Of a DNA stretch of 64,000 bases, positions 38,451 to 52,295 are shown piece after piece. The notes beneath the pieces were generated by a model, which saw nothing but the letters and a program-made list of their open reading frames with translations, did not search any database and had not been told where the DNA came from. The position numbers and the translations under genes were made by a program. The DNA comes from Camelus dromedarius (taxonomy: Eukaryota). Numbering within the stretch: position 1 is the stretch's first letter; every line of letters begins with the position of its first letter. The stretch lies in NCBI RefSeq assembly GCF_036321535.1, contig NC_087436.1, positions 25,918,001-25,982,000 of the forward strand, read 5' to 3'.

Positions 38451-40599
38451 AGGGTTAATAAACAAAGGACTTGATGTAGGGGAATTCACTATATAATTTG
38501 TAGAGTAGTTCTCTAATAAAACTGTTCATTTGTTTAGTATGTGTGTGTTTGTGTGTGTGTGTGTGTTAAAGAGTCCATAATTAACTGCAATATTATTGGC
38601 CACTGAGAAATATATTTTATATCAAATTGCTATATTCCATGACAGGCAAAATTAACACCTCAGACTTACCATATTAAACAGTTTATCAATCTTTGTACAT
38701 TTCTTATTATTATGTTTTGAACATGGAGAAATATTTGATTCCAAAGATTATGATTTGAGTTTAAGTAATAAATATCTTTTTAACACATAGAATTATAAAG
38801 CGAATGCTATTTAAATACTCTGGTATGTCCTTCAGATTCTTTGCTTTTTAATTAATTTTTGTAATCTTTTCTGCTACCAACAGAACTGGCAATACAATTT
38901 GTAAATTAAAATATGTTTGCATTTTCATTTCAATTGAACTTGAGTGTGAGTCTGAGAGTTTCAGCAAGCTTTTTGAAGCCTGAGCTCTCATTTCTATGAA
39001 GAATATGTCTCACAGGCTGTGCTTTTCAGCTTTGTTTGATGTCATTCCTAGTTATAATTGTTCCATAACAGTTAGATATGCCTTTAAATGTAGTACTCAG
39101 ACTAGGCATGTTAGTAGGTCTAGTAGTGCCACAATTACTGAGGGAACTAGAAAGAAATCTTGTACAATTTTCCTATTGGCCTCAGGAGGTGATTGCCCTT
39201 GATCTTTGAAGCATGTATTTAAATTAAAACAGCAAAAATGGAATAAACTATTCAAAGCATGTTTTTGAACTGTCTACCAGAGCAACTGCATAAATCAGTT
39301 TGAGCCCACAGGCAGAGGATACAAAGGGATTCAACTTCAACTTCAGATAGAAAGGAAAACAATCTAAAACAGGGAAGAATTTTAATTAAATTGAAAATGT
39401 GAATCAAAAGTATTAACATTGTTCTGATATGGATTCTTATTGCCATCAGATTCATCATGCCTTAGACAAAAGTATATTTCTGAAAATCTAGTAGAACATC
39501 GTGGCTCAAGAAATTATCTCTGCTCATATGCAAAGCTGAATTTCTTTGGCTTTTTTGTTAATTGCATTGCTAACAACATTTGGGATTAAAAATGAAAATT
39601 TCAAGTAAAGTGCTTTCTTCTTTTCTTTGAAAAGTTCTAAGATTTAATGGGTGTGGATAAAAACGATAAAAATGATAGGCCAAGTAATAACCAAATATGG
39701 AGAAAAGGACATTTATTCCTATTGATTATTTTGATAGTTTTGTCCTGCTCACAAGCTTTTAGCTTTTTATTAATTTTTATAGAAAACCTGAGCATGGGTT
39801 AAAAATTAATATTGTATAATTAGGTTGCTATAATATTAAAGATTACTGCTTAATTTTTAAAATCATACTTTATAAGTATTTTTTTCTTAGAGACCTTAAC
39901 TTTTTAAAATATGGAGAAAATACTGACTTATTTAAATTACCTAAAATATAGATTTCTGGGAGAGTTACAGAGAAGAATGAGAGGAGGGAGAAAGCACACT
40001 GTGATAAAAAGAAAGTGAGGTGGTAGAATAAAGAGACAGGTAAAACTACAGGAGAAAAACGGGAAATAAAGAAGTCCAGGAAAATACAGGAGAGAAATAA
40101 AAATACATGAAGAGATTTGAACTACGATGGCAGCTTATAACATGAGTGAAAGTAGTGTTAAACTATTTTTTGCATTATGTAAGATTTTCAGGAACAGTAA
40201 GTGTCTCCTATTACTTTAATAACTCAATTACTATCATAGAAAGGTTGTAAATTTGAGGTATCCATTAATTGATATCCAAAGTCCATCCCCTTGTCAGGTT
40301 CCAATCGTTTCCTTCTTGTATCATGAAAATGGTGGAGATATTTTACCACTAGATTTTTGAGAAATTCTTTAGTCATGCTTCCTTGTTTCACTAAAATTCA
40401 TTGCATCTAACCTCAGTTGGGTCATCTGTGCTAAACAGGGTTCTTTTTATTCATACATACATAAATCCTTATACATGTCCTAATTGCACATATTGCAGCA
40501 TTTTCACCACTCTGAGGGCCCTAAGGCCATTCTGACCCTCTCGCTAAAACAGTGAGTTAACCTTACCTTTTAATTTACAAATAGCAACAGTCTAATATG

Positions 40600-41335
40600 A
40601 ACTTCTTTAAGGTTGCTATCCATCCTTGTAAAAATTTCTCTGCTCATTGTCCATGATTTGCTAACCATTTCTCTTTTCAAAGGATGAACTGCCATTCCCC
40701 TTTTCCAAGTTAATGTCATCTTACCCTCCCCAGCCATGACACCTCTGGCCTATTCTGGTGTCCCATCACACCTACATTCCCTTGATCTTGTTCTAGTGAT
40801 CATTTCCCCTTCTGTTCTTTCATCTTCTAATTATTCATCTTCTATTTACTCTTTCCCTGCGGCTCTTTGCTAAGACCTTCAATCATTGTCAGTTGGAATA
40901 TATACTAAAACACTTTTCTTTAATCCAGCCACCTGATAAAGCTCACACTCACTCCTCAAGAAAGTCAACAAAATTATTCCCATCTCTTTATCTCTTACTC
41001 GCTATTCAGATAATCAAAATCTCTCTTCTACACCACTTTGATTTTATCATTATATTAAAAATCAGGAATGATTCCCTAATTATCACACTTAATCCACTGC
41101 TTCTAATTTTCCTCCTGGATCTTTGCAGTATTAACATTACTGACCAGCATATTCCTCTTTAAACTTATCCCTAAAATCCAAAGAAAGTTATCTCTCTCTC
41201 TTTTTTTTTCTTTCCTACTCTCGTAACTCTTGAGTCTTTCACTGGTTTACCATCTTATCACATTTCTAAATGTAGGTATATCCTAATGGTCTGTTTTCAA
41301 TTTCACTGATTTCTGCTCTTTATTTCTTTCCTTCT
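40600..41335 (+). mobile_element. L2 fragments, degenerate
   Basis: Pyrimidine-rich L2 ORF2-like motifs (cctcctggatctttgcagtattaacattactgacca). Confidence 0.45.
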
Positions 41336-41339
41336 CCTT

Positions 41340-41930
41340 GGTTTAGATTTATTTAGAGTTTTTAAATTTTACTTTTTTAAAGTGAAAGTTTAGATTATTA
41401 ATTTGAGAGTTTTCTTCTTCTCTAATAAGAACATTTATAAATTTCTCCTTCAGCATTGTTTAGCTGTTCCATTCCTGTAGCATTGCTTTAGTGCTTTCTC
41501 TCTAAGGACTGCTATGGTCACAAATTTTGATATATTACATTATTGTTTTCATTCAATTCTCAGTATTTTCTATTTTTTTCCTGAGACATCCTTTTTGACC
41601 CAGTAATTAATTAGAACTGTACTGTTTAGTTTCCAGATGTTTCAAATTTTTTCTGTTATCTTTTTGTTATTAGTCTAGTTTAATTCCATTATAGTTAAAG
41701 GACATACTTGGTATTATTTAACTTCTTTTCAATTTGTTGAGGTGGTCCTTATGAGTCCCTAAATGGTCTACCTTGGTGAATGTTCCATGTGCACTTCAAA
41801 ATCTGTATATTCTGCTGTTGTTGAGTGCAGTGTTCTGTAGATATTAATTAGATCTTGTTGGTTGATGGTGTTGTGTATTCTATATCCTTACTGATTTTCT
41901 ATTAGTTCTATCTATTACAGAAACATGAAT
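41340..41930 (-). mobile_element. Old L1M ORF2 5' fragment
   Basis: aatggtctaccttggtgaatgttccatgtgcacttc..tattctgctgttgttgagtgcagtgttctgtagata. Confidence 0.8.
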
Positions 41931-42179
41931 GTCCTCTACTTCAAATTATTGACCAAATACTTTACTAAAAACTCTGTTTCTGGCCTTAATTTTGAAAACT
42001 GTACTTTTGTTGCCACTCCCTTATTGCTGTTCCCTGAAGCTTTGATTTCCTTCTCTGTGTCCCTGAAGCTTCAGTTTTTCCCCCACTGTCCCATGAAGCT
42101 TCAGTATCCTTCCAGTGTTGCTTCCAGCTCTGGCTGCTCCATGGCCACAGAGAGCTGCAGCACTGGGAATCACACCATG

Positions 42180-43210
42180 AAAATATACAGAACACATACA
42201 ACTCAATAGCAAAAAATCTAAAACAAAATTAGGAAATGGGCAGAGGAACTGAATAGTTTTCTAAAGAAGACATACAAATGACCAACAGGTATATGAAAAG
42301 GTGCTCAACATCATTAATCATCACTCAGCATCACTAATTGTCAAGGAAATGCAAATTATAACCATAATGAGATATCGACCTCATAAAGTTAGAATGGCTA
42401 TCATCAAATAGGCAAGAGATAAATGTTGGCATGGGTGTTGAGAAAAGGAAACCCCAGTGTACTGTTGGTGGGAATATAATTTGATACAACCGCTACAGAC
42501 AACAATATGGAGGTTTCTAAAGAATTACAACTAGAACTACCATATGATCCAGCAAACCCACTCTGGGTATATATTCAAAAGAATTGAGATCAGGATCTTG
42601 TAGAGCTATCTGCATTCCCCTGTTCATTGCAGTATTATTCACAATAGCCAAGATAGGGAAACAACCTAAATGTCATATATATGTAGTGTAATATAATGAA
42701 ATATTATTCAGCCATGATAAAGAAGGAAATCCTGCCATGTGACAACTTGGATGGACCCAGAGGACATCACATAAAGTGAAATAAGTCAGAGAAATGCAGG
42801 TACTGTATGATATTACTTATATGTGGCATCTAAAAAAGACAAACTCAGAGAAACAAATAGTAGAGTGGTGGTTACCAGGATCTAGGGTAGGGGAAACAGG
42901 GAGATATTGTCTAAACGGTACACATTTCCAGTTATAAGATTAACAAGTTTAGGGACCTAATGTACATCATGGCCATTATAGCTAATAATATGGTATTGTA
43001 TATTTGAATGTTGCTAAAAGAGTAGATCTTAAATGTTCTCATCACAAAAAAGAAATGGTAAGTATATGATGAGATGGAAGTGGTAGCTAATATAATAGTG
43101 ATAATCATATTGTAATTTATAAATGTAACAAATCAACACTTCGTACACCTTAAACTTACACAAGGCTATGTGTCAATTATATATCAATAAACCTGGGAAA
43201 AAAAAATAAA
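42180..43210 (+). mobile_element. L1MA9-like 3' end
   Basis: ORF2 C-terminal region plus 3'UTR agtagatcttaaatgttctcatcacaaaaa..gtacaccttaaacttacac..tcaataaacctgggaaa. Confidence 0.85.
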
Positions 43211-43968
43211 ACCACATGGATGGAAAAAACAGACTAATGAAATTCACATGATCATATCAATTGCAGAAAATTGTACTGATTCATTTATTTCTTTATTTGC
43301 TTTTTCGGTTGACTTTCTTTTTTTAGTGGAAGAAGGTAATTCAGAAAGTTTGGAAGGCATTTTGTTGAACATTGGTACAAATTGGTAAAAAAAAAGTTTT
43401 AGATGATTCAACAGTGAATGAATCATCAACAGATGGTTTCAGTTAAACTCTTCTCAAAACACATACTCAGCAAGGGTACACCAATCAGTTTAAGTGTCTG
43501 GTTTTTGCAAATTTGTTCTTTAAAAAAAAACATAAATAACTTAATTTAGGATGTTTCAAAATTTGGGTGTAATATATTATAAACCATTGTTTTCTTATCT
43601 GTGACATGTTTTAGCCAAACAATAGAGAAGTAGGTAATTACATTCAAGGAATTGAAAATAAAGCAGGCCACAAGCAGGAATATTTAAACTGTGTTTGCTT
43701 TTAGAGGATCCTAATATCTTCATGAAAATTATGACCTAACAGAAAGCCCTGGCGGAGAGTCTGAATGCTTTGTTCAGTCAGGAAAGAGAAAATAAATAAA
43801 TGAGATACACATTTTTGGCCAACTAATCAGAAAAATACTATTTTCTGTTTTTTCGGTCATGTATTGGTAAAGAATTAGATACTCTAATATTAAAGAAGAC
43901 AGTAATTTTCTAATAAAACTCATACCAGGAGGTGCCAGGTATTTTCCGAGTTGAATTGATAACTCTAG

Positions 43969-44409
43969 TGTGTCAGTCAGAATTCTCTAGAGAAACAGAA
44001 CCAGTAATATATAGATATAGGTATATAGATATTCTCTCTCTCTCTCTCTATATATATATATACACACACACACACATATATAATATATTAAGGACTAGGC
44101 TCATGTGATTGTGGAGGCTGGCAATTCTGAAATCTGTAGGTAGGCAGGCATGCTGGAAACTCAGAATTTCCATGTTATAGTCTTGAGGCAGAATTTCCTC
44201 TTCAAGAAACCTCAATGTTTGCTCTTGAGGCTTTTAACTGACAGGATGAGGCCTACTCATATTATCCAGAGTAATATCCTTTAGTTAAAATCAACTGATG
44301 TAGGGGTGAGCTACATCTACAAAACACCTTCACAGCAACATATTATTTAGTGTTTGATTAGATAACTGGATACTATGGTCTTGCCAAGTTGATACATAAA
44401 ACTATCACA
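43969..44409 (-). mobile_element. ERVL solo LTR, MLT2C/D-like, with internal (CT)(AT)(AC) microsatellite
   Basis: ttctctagagaaacagaaccagta..ggctcatgtgattgtggaggctggcaa..gccaagttgatacataaaactatcaca. Confidence 0.85.
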
Positions 44410-46658
44410 TTTGGTTGTCTGTTTTTGTAGTTTGCTTTCTTTTAAAGTGAGATATATTTTAGATACACTGGATATAATATAAGTTTATATTCATTAACTC
44501 AACCACTTAATATTAATATAAATATAATAAAAATAGTAACTATTAATTACTACAACCAATATGTAAAATAGTTTTTATTCACTAATTCAACATTTTTTAT
44601 TAAACATTTACTATGTACTAGATATTGTGCTTTGTTCTGAGACACAATAAATGCGATATTATCCCTACATACCAGAGAAGTTTAAATTTCAGGGAGATTA
44701 AGTGTTTGTCTTTGACATACATATATCATCCCCAGTTTTCAACTTGAAAAAATCTCTAAAATATATTTCATTCATGAAAATTACCTAGTGATTATATGTG
44801 CTCTGCATACTTTAAAATATAAAAAAAAATACTCTTCCCTCAAAGAGTTTATAATCTGCTGGGAATCCATTTGGCTCTTAATTCTGTCACTATGTGATAT
44901 AGGCAAATTACTGCAATTCGAAGTTCAGCTTCCTTTTCTGTGCAGTGGGAATTACACTAGACAATATTTCAGTAAGATTTCTTCATGGTCCTAAAATACT
45001 ATCATTTTTCAAGATTTTTTTGTATAGAAAATTATTCTCCAGTGGATAATTCTCCAAAGGATACATTATTTATAATGATTTGGTTCAAAGTAGGAAATTA
45101 GTCATTGACGGCTTGAATTCAAGTACTGAGCTCTGTATATGTTTTTCTTTTATTTAGAGTCATAGCTAAATTGCTTTCATAAAACAATGAAAGTTAACCT
45201 CAAAGACTGATGGAGAAAATTATCAATAAGTAGGAAATGCAGTGGCTAATAGCAAATTACAGGCTTTAACATTATGTAAATATTAAATAAACATTACTAT
45301 TTTGAGACAGCCAACTGGCTATGAACTGTATATAGAATGAAAGTATTATGTGAGGTTTGAGGATTTGAAAAAGTATAATATGCATTAAAGATTATTATTT
45401 GGAAGTCATATTATGTTTGTTCTCCAAATTAAAAGTTATTTTTAAAATTTGGCCATTCAATATTAAAGGAACTTCTGCCTTATAAAATACATATTGCAAG
45501 GAAATAATGTTTTTATTATTGTAAGTGATTCACTCTAATTGTTTGCATTTATTTCCATAAAAAACAATTGCACAGGGCAAGGATTTATCATGATATTGTT
45601 AGCAGGTTGCATGTTTTATGGATTTGAAGAAAAATATACAGTTTTATATAGCCTTTCTTGATGAGAAAAGAGCAAACCTTCTATTCTGTAACTGAACTGC
45701 CTGACATTCTCTGTGCACACCAAAGCTTCATTCTTCATATTTGCTTTCTATTTTCATAGCGATGGGAATGGAATGTGACCCTCAGCACTCAGCCATTATC
45801 CTGCCCTCTGTGGTTGTAGCCTTTGACTCAGGCCTGAGTTCACCATAACTTATTTTTACAATGATCCTGAGATGCAGCCAGCCCACTTGGCAATATTTTC
45901 ACTCCTACTCAGCTCATTTCAAAACGGGAATTCTCACCGTTTCTCTTTTCAGAGCATTTCTAGTTTCAGCATGAAATCTTTTAAAATAAAACTGCTGTTA
46001 CATGAATGACTGAAGAAAAAATGCATTTTTTCCAACTCCCTGTCTTGACTATTAAGCTCCATAGAGCCCTCTACTTTCCAGTCTTATTCATAAAGCTATT
46101 ACCCAATCTGGCAGTATTTTCTTGAGACATTTCTGGGTAGTACACACTTGTTTTTTTATGGCAGCAAATGGGTTCACTGTTTTCATAAGCTGCACTGTAG
46201 AGTAAATTCCCAACATGTGTGTCTGGAATGCTTGCCTTGTTTGGTAACAGATCATTGGAATTGTTTGTAACTATCAGTGAGTCAAAGGGATTATTGCAAG
46301 ATTTGGGACTAGGGTTCTTTCCTTTCTGACTTTTGTTGTTCTCCCTCTATGGTTTTCTTTTGCTGTTTACTGTATGCATTTTTTACTTCAGTTACCTACT
46401 CAACCCCTACCCTCATTGTTCTTCTTCTTTTTTTTAATAACAGTGTGAATTGATGAACTTCAAATTTGTAAGCTTTCATTTTCTGGTTTTCTTCCAAGCA
46501 CTGCTTTGAGTGACCTTTATTTAATTAATTAATCAATCAATTAATTAACTAATTTTCACATAATGAATTTCATGACTAGGGAAGTTGCAGAAATAAATGG
46601 CAATTAAAAAACATGAACTCATCTTGCTTGTAAATACGGCTTACAGCTTGCTTACTCT

Positions 46659-46848
46659 AGTGGTTCTCAAACTTGATTGAGCTTCAGAATCACCAGGAGG
46701 ACTGTTTAAAACCAACTGAAATTTTGAGCTCCACCCCAGTTTCTGATCCTGGAATTTTGGGAGGTGGAGTCTGAGAATTTGAATTTCTAATAAGTTCCCT
46801 GGCGATGCTGCTGTTGCTCTTCCAGGGACTACATACTGGAAATCAACT
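46659..46848. mobile_element. MER5A MITE
   Basis: agtggttctcaaactt..cagaatcaccaggaggac..ctgagaatttgaatttctaataagttccc..gatgctgctg..ccagggactacat. Confidence 0.85.
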
Positions 46849-46994
46849 CTGTAGGACACAACAGAATACTGGACTCTAGTCACTTTGTACAAATAAAATG
46901 CCAGGCTGCAGGGACTACATACTGGAAATCAACTCTGTAGGACACAACAGAATACTGGACTCTAGTCACTTTGTACAAATAAAATGCCAGGCTG
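46823..46994. repeat. Perfect 2 x 86-bp tandem duplication
   Basis: 46823-46908 is identical to 46909-46994. Confidence 0.97.
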
Positions 46995-48119
46995 TTATTT
47001 GCTGAAGAAGGCACAGTGCATGATATTTAAGAAATATTTGTGCCCTTCTGCTCATAAAACAGTCCACTTTCCTTTAAGCTCAGCTCTTGCATTCTGTAAA
47101 TAAAACCTGAATGGAAGAAACGGTCATATTTCTGACAAGCTTTGAGGCTAACCAAGGTCAGTTTTGCTGGCTATATCACTTAAAATATAATTCTGCTTAC
47201 ATTTGCCTGGCATGGATGAATGAACATTTTTTTAATGTACATAATACTTTTTGACACTGGGAAATAAGAAGCTATGAAAATAAGGCTGATAAACCAGTAG
47301 AGAAGTCTTCCCTTAAATGGTAGTAACAATCTGCCAAGAGCAGATAAGGAAAAGGATTCTGTGGGGACAATGACAAGACACTTACAGCCATCAACCCCAT
47401 GTCAGCACTGGGCTAGAAAACAAATAGAATTCCAGACAATTCAGAACAAATACTACAAATCAGAGGCAATCCCCAAACCTCCTTTCAATCTCACACTTCT
47501 GAAAGACAACTATCGAGCACAAAGGACACTGGGCAACTCCACACTAACGGTTACATTGTGACTCTTCTTTTAATTTTGTTCTCTTTAATCAAATTAAATT
47601 TGTCTTCAGTAAAAAGTTTTCTCTATGGGGCATATCATTTCATCTCCAGCATAAAATACTCAAGACAAGACTGAGGCAGAGCAAGGGTAAGTCAATTATT
47701 GAAATTATGTATTAATTACGATGAATTATTTTAGAGTAATGAAGTAGTGCTTAGCAGATTTCTATTGTGTCTGTATATACTCTGTTCCAAAGGGTTTTGA
47801 TGCTATAAAGTGTTACTGGATAAGGATATTGTCAGATAAAGTAAATAATCATAGATTCATAGATCCACAGATATTGCAATATGCTTATTTTGTTACATAA
47901 TAACAAAATATGTGTTTTTACAAACTACTGCATAATGAGTATATTTCTGATTTTTTTTGACATTAAGATAGGTTACATGACAAATTTTAATGCTATTTAT
48001 GACAAAGTACTTAAAATGAATGGCAGCAGACAATGGATCAATTATCTGGGATATAGGATACTAAAATTTTAAATATTTTAAAAGTATTTGTGCAGCAAAG
48101 GTTGATGGAGGATAAAAAC

Positions 48120-48430
48120 TATTAACACTGATATCCCTTAATCACTGGGAAAGTGCTGTGTTCAAGATACTCTTCTAAATACCTTACATAGATTATATAA
48201 CTTAACCTTCCTCCCCTCCATCTGAAAAAAGACAATAAAGAGGTCTGTGTTACATTTCATATTCAACATATTAAATTTTTTTTTCTTGGGCTGCCATATA
48301 TTACTTCCAAGGCTGCACAATAGAAAGCATCCCACGAAGTTTATAGAATCTTAGGTTTAGGGAAGTCAACTAATTTGGCAAACTCTTGCAAACAGTAAAT
48401 GCTTAAGGTAGAATTTGAACCCATGCTTAT
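48120..48430 (-). mobile_element. MIR fragments (antisense)
   Basis: aaataccttacatagattatataacttaacc; ttagggaagtcaactaatttggc..gaatttgaacccatg. Confidence 0.5.
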
Positions 48431-50169
48431 TCTTTTAATTATTTTAATTTACATTAATGTAAGTTTATATTAGGGCTTTCAAGACCATTTATATGTCTAA
48501 ACAACCTTCTCTCATTGATAAAGTAACATTGGAATAAGTCAGCCAAGGTGAAATTTTACCAAAGTTGGCCTAGAAAGTAAATATGGGGGCTGTGAGGTAG
48601 ACATAAATCTTTATAGTACAAGTATATTGGTAACGTACATCCTGCTTAATTACATGCAAAAATGACCAAGAAAAAAATGCAGCATTTTACGGAAATATGA
48701 ATGAGTAGGAGATCTAAGGTGAGACAGCTCAGATAGTAGTTTTTTTCTGAATGTCTGTGAAATAAGAGGAAATAAAGACTCCCTAAAATAGAGACATGCA
48801 TATTGATTTTAATATGTTTTTCTTTTTGTCATTACTTGTTTTTCTTGTTCTAAATTGTGACATATTTATATGTATATTCTTCTGTCATCTTGAATTCACT
48901 GCTTTAGTTGTCAATAATAAAAAGAGTTTCTATGAAGACTTAGTCAAGGAAGTTCATGGTATAAAAATAAACCAGCCTCCTAGAAAGAACAATTAGAGTG
49001 AAGCTTCCTGAGGGGAAGCTATCCTGGTGTTGCCATGTTGGGGGGTTCAGCTTTACTTACTGTTTTGAAGAAGCTCTGAACCAAATCTTCAGCCACCAGA
49101 CACCCTCTAGCCAGGTTAGATTGATTAAAGAGAGAATATTTTAAAGAATGTCTATTTTTCTTTTAATTAATTTCAGTGGGCTAGGAAAAGAAGAAAAAAG
49201 GACAAGATACATGCAGGTACAAATAATTTATTCAGAAAAGTAGTAGGGGAAATGAAATGGCTTGAAAGTCAGAATATTTGCATCAGCTTAGAATCAGCAT
49301 AAAACCAGCAGAAGGGGCTACTGAATAAAATGACAATGATTGTAATATAATAAGAATGTACTGTTCCAAGAATGGCTAAGAAGAAGAAAAATGATTTAAT
49401 TATAAAATGAGTTAATTATAAAGGTAAACTTTAGCAATAAAAATGTTAAGGGAAAACAAACATGTTAATTCAAAATCAGGTGAGAAGACTGATAGTACAG
49501 AACTATAACTTCACTAGCTTGATTATCACATGGTATTGATCATAAGTTGGGTAAAGTCTTTTAAGTTATGGCATTATATAATATATTTGGCTTTACTGTA
49601 GCTAATTTTTAGGAAGATTTTATCATACTCTTTTATAATTAAAAATTGGGATAGTTTATTAAGTTAGTAAATATTATCATCATCGTATAATTTTTAAAAG
49701 ATATCTTTATATAGCCAAAGGAAAAAATGCAGGTACAAATTGTTCTTTCAAATGAACAGTATTATTACTCACTGTTTTATTTAACGCCCAGAAATGGTTA
49801 CAATTATTTCTTCCTTTCTTAACTCTAAGTTTAATAGCAGTAACTTTCCTTTGAAAAAGTAATGTTAGATTACTTACATTGATACTGTTTAGGTTACAAA
49901 AACATTGATACTGGTCTAAAGGGAGATTTTATACATCTAAGAAATAATTATCAGTAGTAATTAGTCTGCATCTCAGTTAAGGCTTACTGACATACGCAGG
50001 GAAGAATGGATAGACTATTTTATAATACAAAATTTACCTACTGCATACATGAATCATTGAATAAATATATATAGTTTATTATTATTATGTAAGACATGTA
50101 AAGAAGAAAACATTTTCGAGGTACTAAATAAAAACATAGATTCAATTATGTAAGTAAAATACAGGTTGT

Positions 50170-52010
50170 CATTCATTATTTCATTCAGTAAATATATGCA
50201 TGGAATGGCTAATATGTCCTTTTTCTCATGGAATTTACATTAACTGAATTTTCTTGAAGAGTGTTTAGAGGTTCAGAATGTTTGCTCTGGAGAATGAGAT
50301 AGGCAAGTGATTGAAGACAGAAAGGAATAACTGAGAGCACAGCTGAGATTGGGAGAGATGTAATTTGCACCCTTCAACATAAAGTAATTTTATCTAGAGG
50401 TATTCAGCAGCCTATTGGTAGCAGTAGAGACTGCACATAATTTACTATATTAATTTGAGGTTTAGCAGAACAATAGGTGTTTCTGTAAGTGATGTGTGAG
50501 CTTAAATTGCATAAAGGATGTATTAAAGAACTATAAGAAAAGAGATCTGTTCACTAAATAATGTGAAATTTCCACATCAAAAGGACAGGTAGAAAAATTA
50601 GAATGAGCAAACTATACTAAGAAATGAGAAAGGTGGAGAATCAGACAAGGCCATTAAAAGAAAAACAAATTACAAGAGATATTCAAGAGGAAGATTGTCA
50701 TCTCCATTTTCAGTATTGCAGAAAACTTATGGTTAGAAAATACTTGGACCTAATTAAACTTACAAGCTTCTGCACAGCAAAGGAAACCATACGTAAAACA
50801 AAATGACAACCTATGGAATAGGAGAAAAGTTTTGCAAATGATGAAATTGACAAAGGCTTGATCTCCAGAATACATAAGCAGCTCATACGACTTAATAAGA
50901 AAAAAACAAACAAACCAATCCAAAAATGGGCAGAAGACCTAAACAAGCTATTCTCCAATGAAGACATATGAATGGTCAATAAGCACATGAAAAACTGCTC
51001 AATATCACTAATTATCAGAGAAATGCAAATCAAAACTACAATGAGGTATCCCCTCATACCAGTCAGAATGGCCATCATTCAAAAGTCCACAAATGACAAG
51101 TGCTGGAGAGGCTGTGGAGAAAAGGGAACCCTCCTACATTACTGGTGGCAATGCAGTTTGGCACAGCCATGGTGGAAAACAGTGTGGAGATTCCTCAAAA
51201 GACTAGAAATAGACTTACCATATGACCCAGTAATCCCACTCCTGGGCATATATCCAGAAGGAACCCTACTTCAAAAAGACACCTGCACCCCAATGTTCAT
51301 AGCAGCACTATTTACAATAGCCAAGACATGGAAACAGCCTGAATGTCCATCAACAGATGACTGGATAAAGAAGATGTCGTATATTTATACAATGGAATAC
51401 TATTCAGCCATAAAAAATGACAACATAATACCATTTGCAGCAACATGGATGTCCCTGGAGAATGTCATTCTAAGTGAAGTAAACCAGAAAGAAGAAAGAA
51501 AAATACCATATGAGATCACTCATATGTGGAATCTTAAAAAAAAAAAAAAAGAATGTACATAAATACAAAACAAAAACAGACTCATAGACATAGAATACAA
51601 ACTTGTGGTTGCCAAAGGGGAGGAGGGTGGGAAGGGACAGACTGGGAGTTCAAAATTTGTAGATACTGACAGGCATATGCAGAATAGATAAACAAGGTTA
51701 TACTGTATAGCACAGGGAAATATATACAAGATCTTGTGGCAGCTCACAGCAAAAAAAAAAAGTGATAATGAATGTATGTATTTTCATGTATAACTGAAAA
51801 ATTGTGCTCTACACTGGAATTTGACACAACATTGTAAAATGACTATAACTCAATAAAAATGTTAAAAAAAATACTCATTGGATTTGTTAAAGAGTAGGAA
51901 AGTGTATTAGAAGGAGCTGTTCCTGGAATGGCACAGGTGAAAGCCCAATTGTAGAGGGTTAAAAATTGAGCAGGAGGTAAGCTGGTGGAAGGAATAAGCT
52001 TAAGGTAGGC
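50170..52010 (-). mobile_element. L2 fragments hosting the young L1
   Basis: ttcattcagtaaatat..; host continuity ggttagaaaatact|cattggattt. Confidence 0.5.
50745..51866 (+). mobile_element. Young 5'-truncated LINE-1 with open ORF2 C-terminal frame (50972-51562)
   Basis: [17 protein letters not shown] cysteine-rich motif and [17 protein letters not shown]; 3'UTR and A-tail; TSD AAAATACT. Confidence 0.95.
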
Positions 52011-52206
52011 AATCTCTTCCAACTCAACAAAATGTATAGATTCATGAGAAACTAGGTTTGAAAATTAGGGGATGCCAGGCAAACTCTCTCAAATGTCTTA
52101 TTTCCATATTTGAACTTAAGCAAAGACTAAGTTAGGATTGAACTCAGTACGTAAGTTGAAATTAATTGGCTCTTTTCTGACAACACTGGTGGTGAGAAAA
52201 GTTCCA

Positions 52207-52295
52207 ATTTTTTTATTGCAGTGGAATTCACACAACATAAAATCAGTCATTTTCAGGTGTACAATTCAGTGGCATTTAGTGCATTCACTATGTGG
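52207..52295 (-). mobile_element. L1MB-like 3' terminus
   Basis: aattcacacaacataaaatc..gtgtacaattcagtggcatttagtgcattcac. Confidence 0.7.

Noticed and set aside
42025..42105. Regularly spaced palindromic repeats as a CRISPR-like array
   Set aside because: Mammalian DNA, only three degenerate units, related spacers and no cas genes
50972..51562. 196-aa ORF, the longest in the window, as a gene
   Set aside because: It is the C-terminal part of L1 ORF2 in a 5'-truncated, TSD-flanked copy
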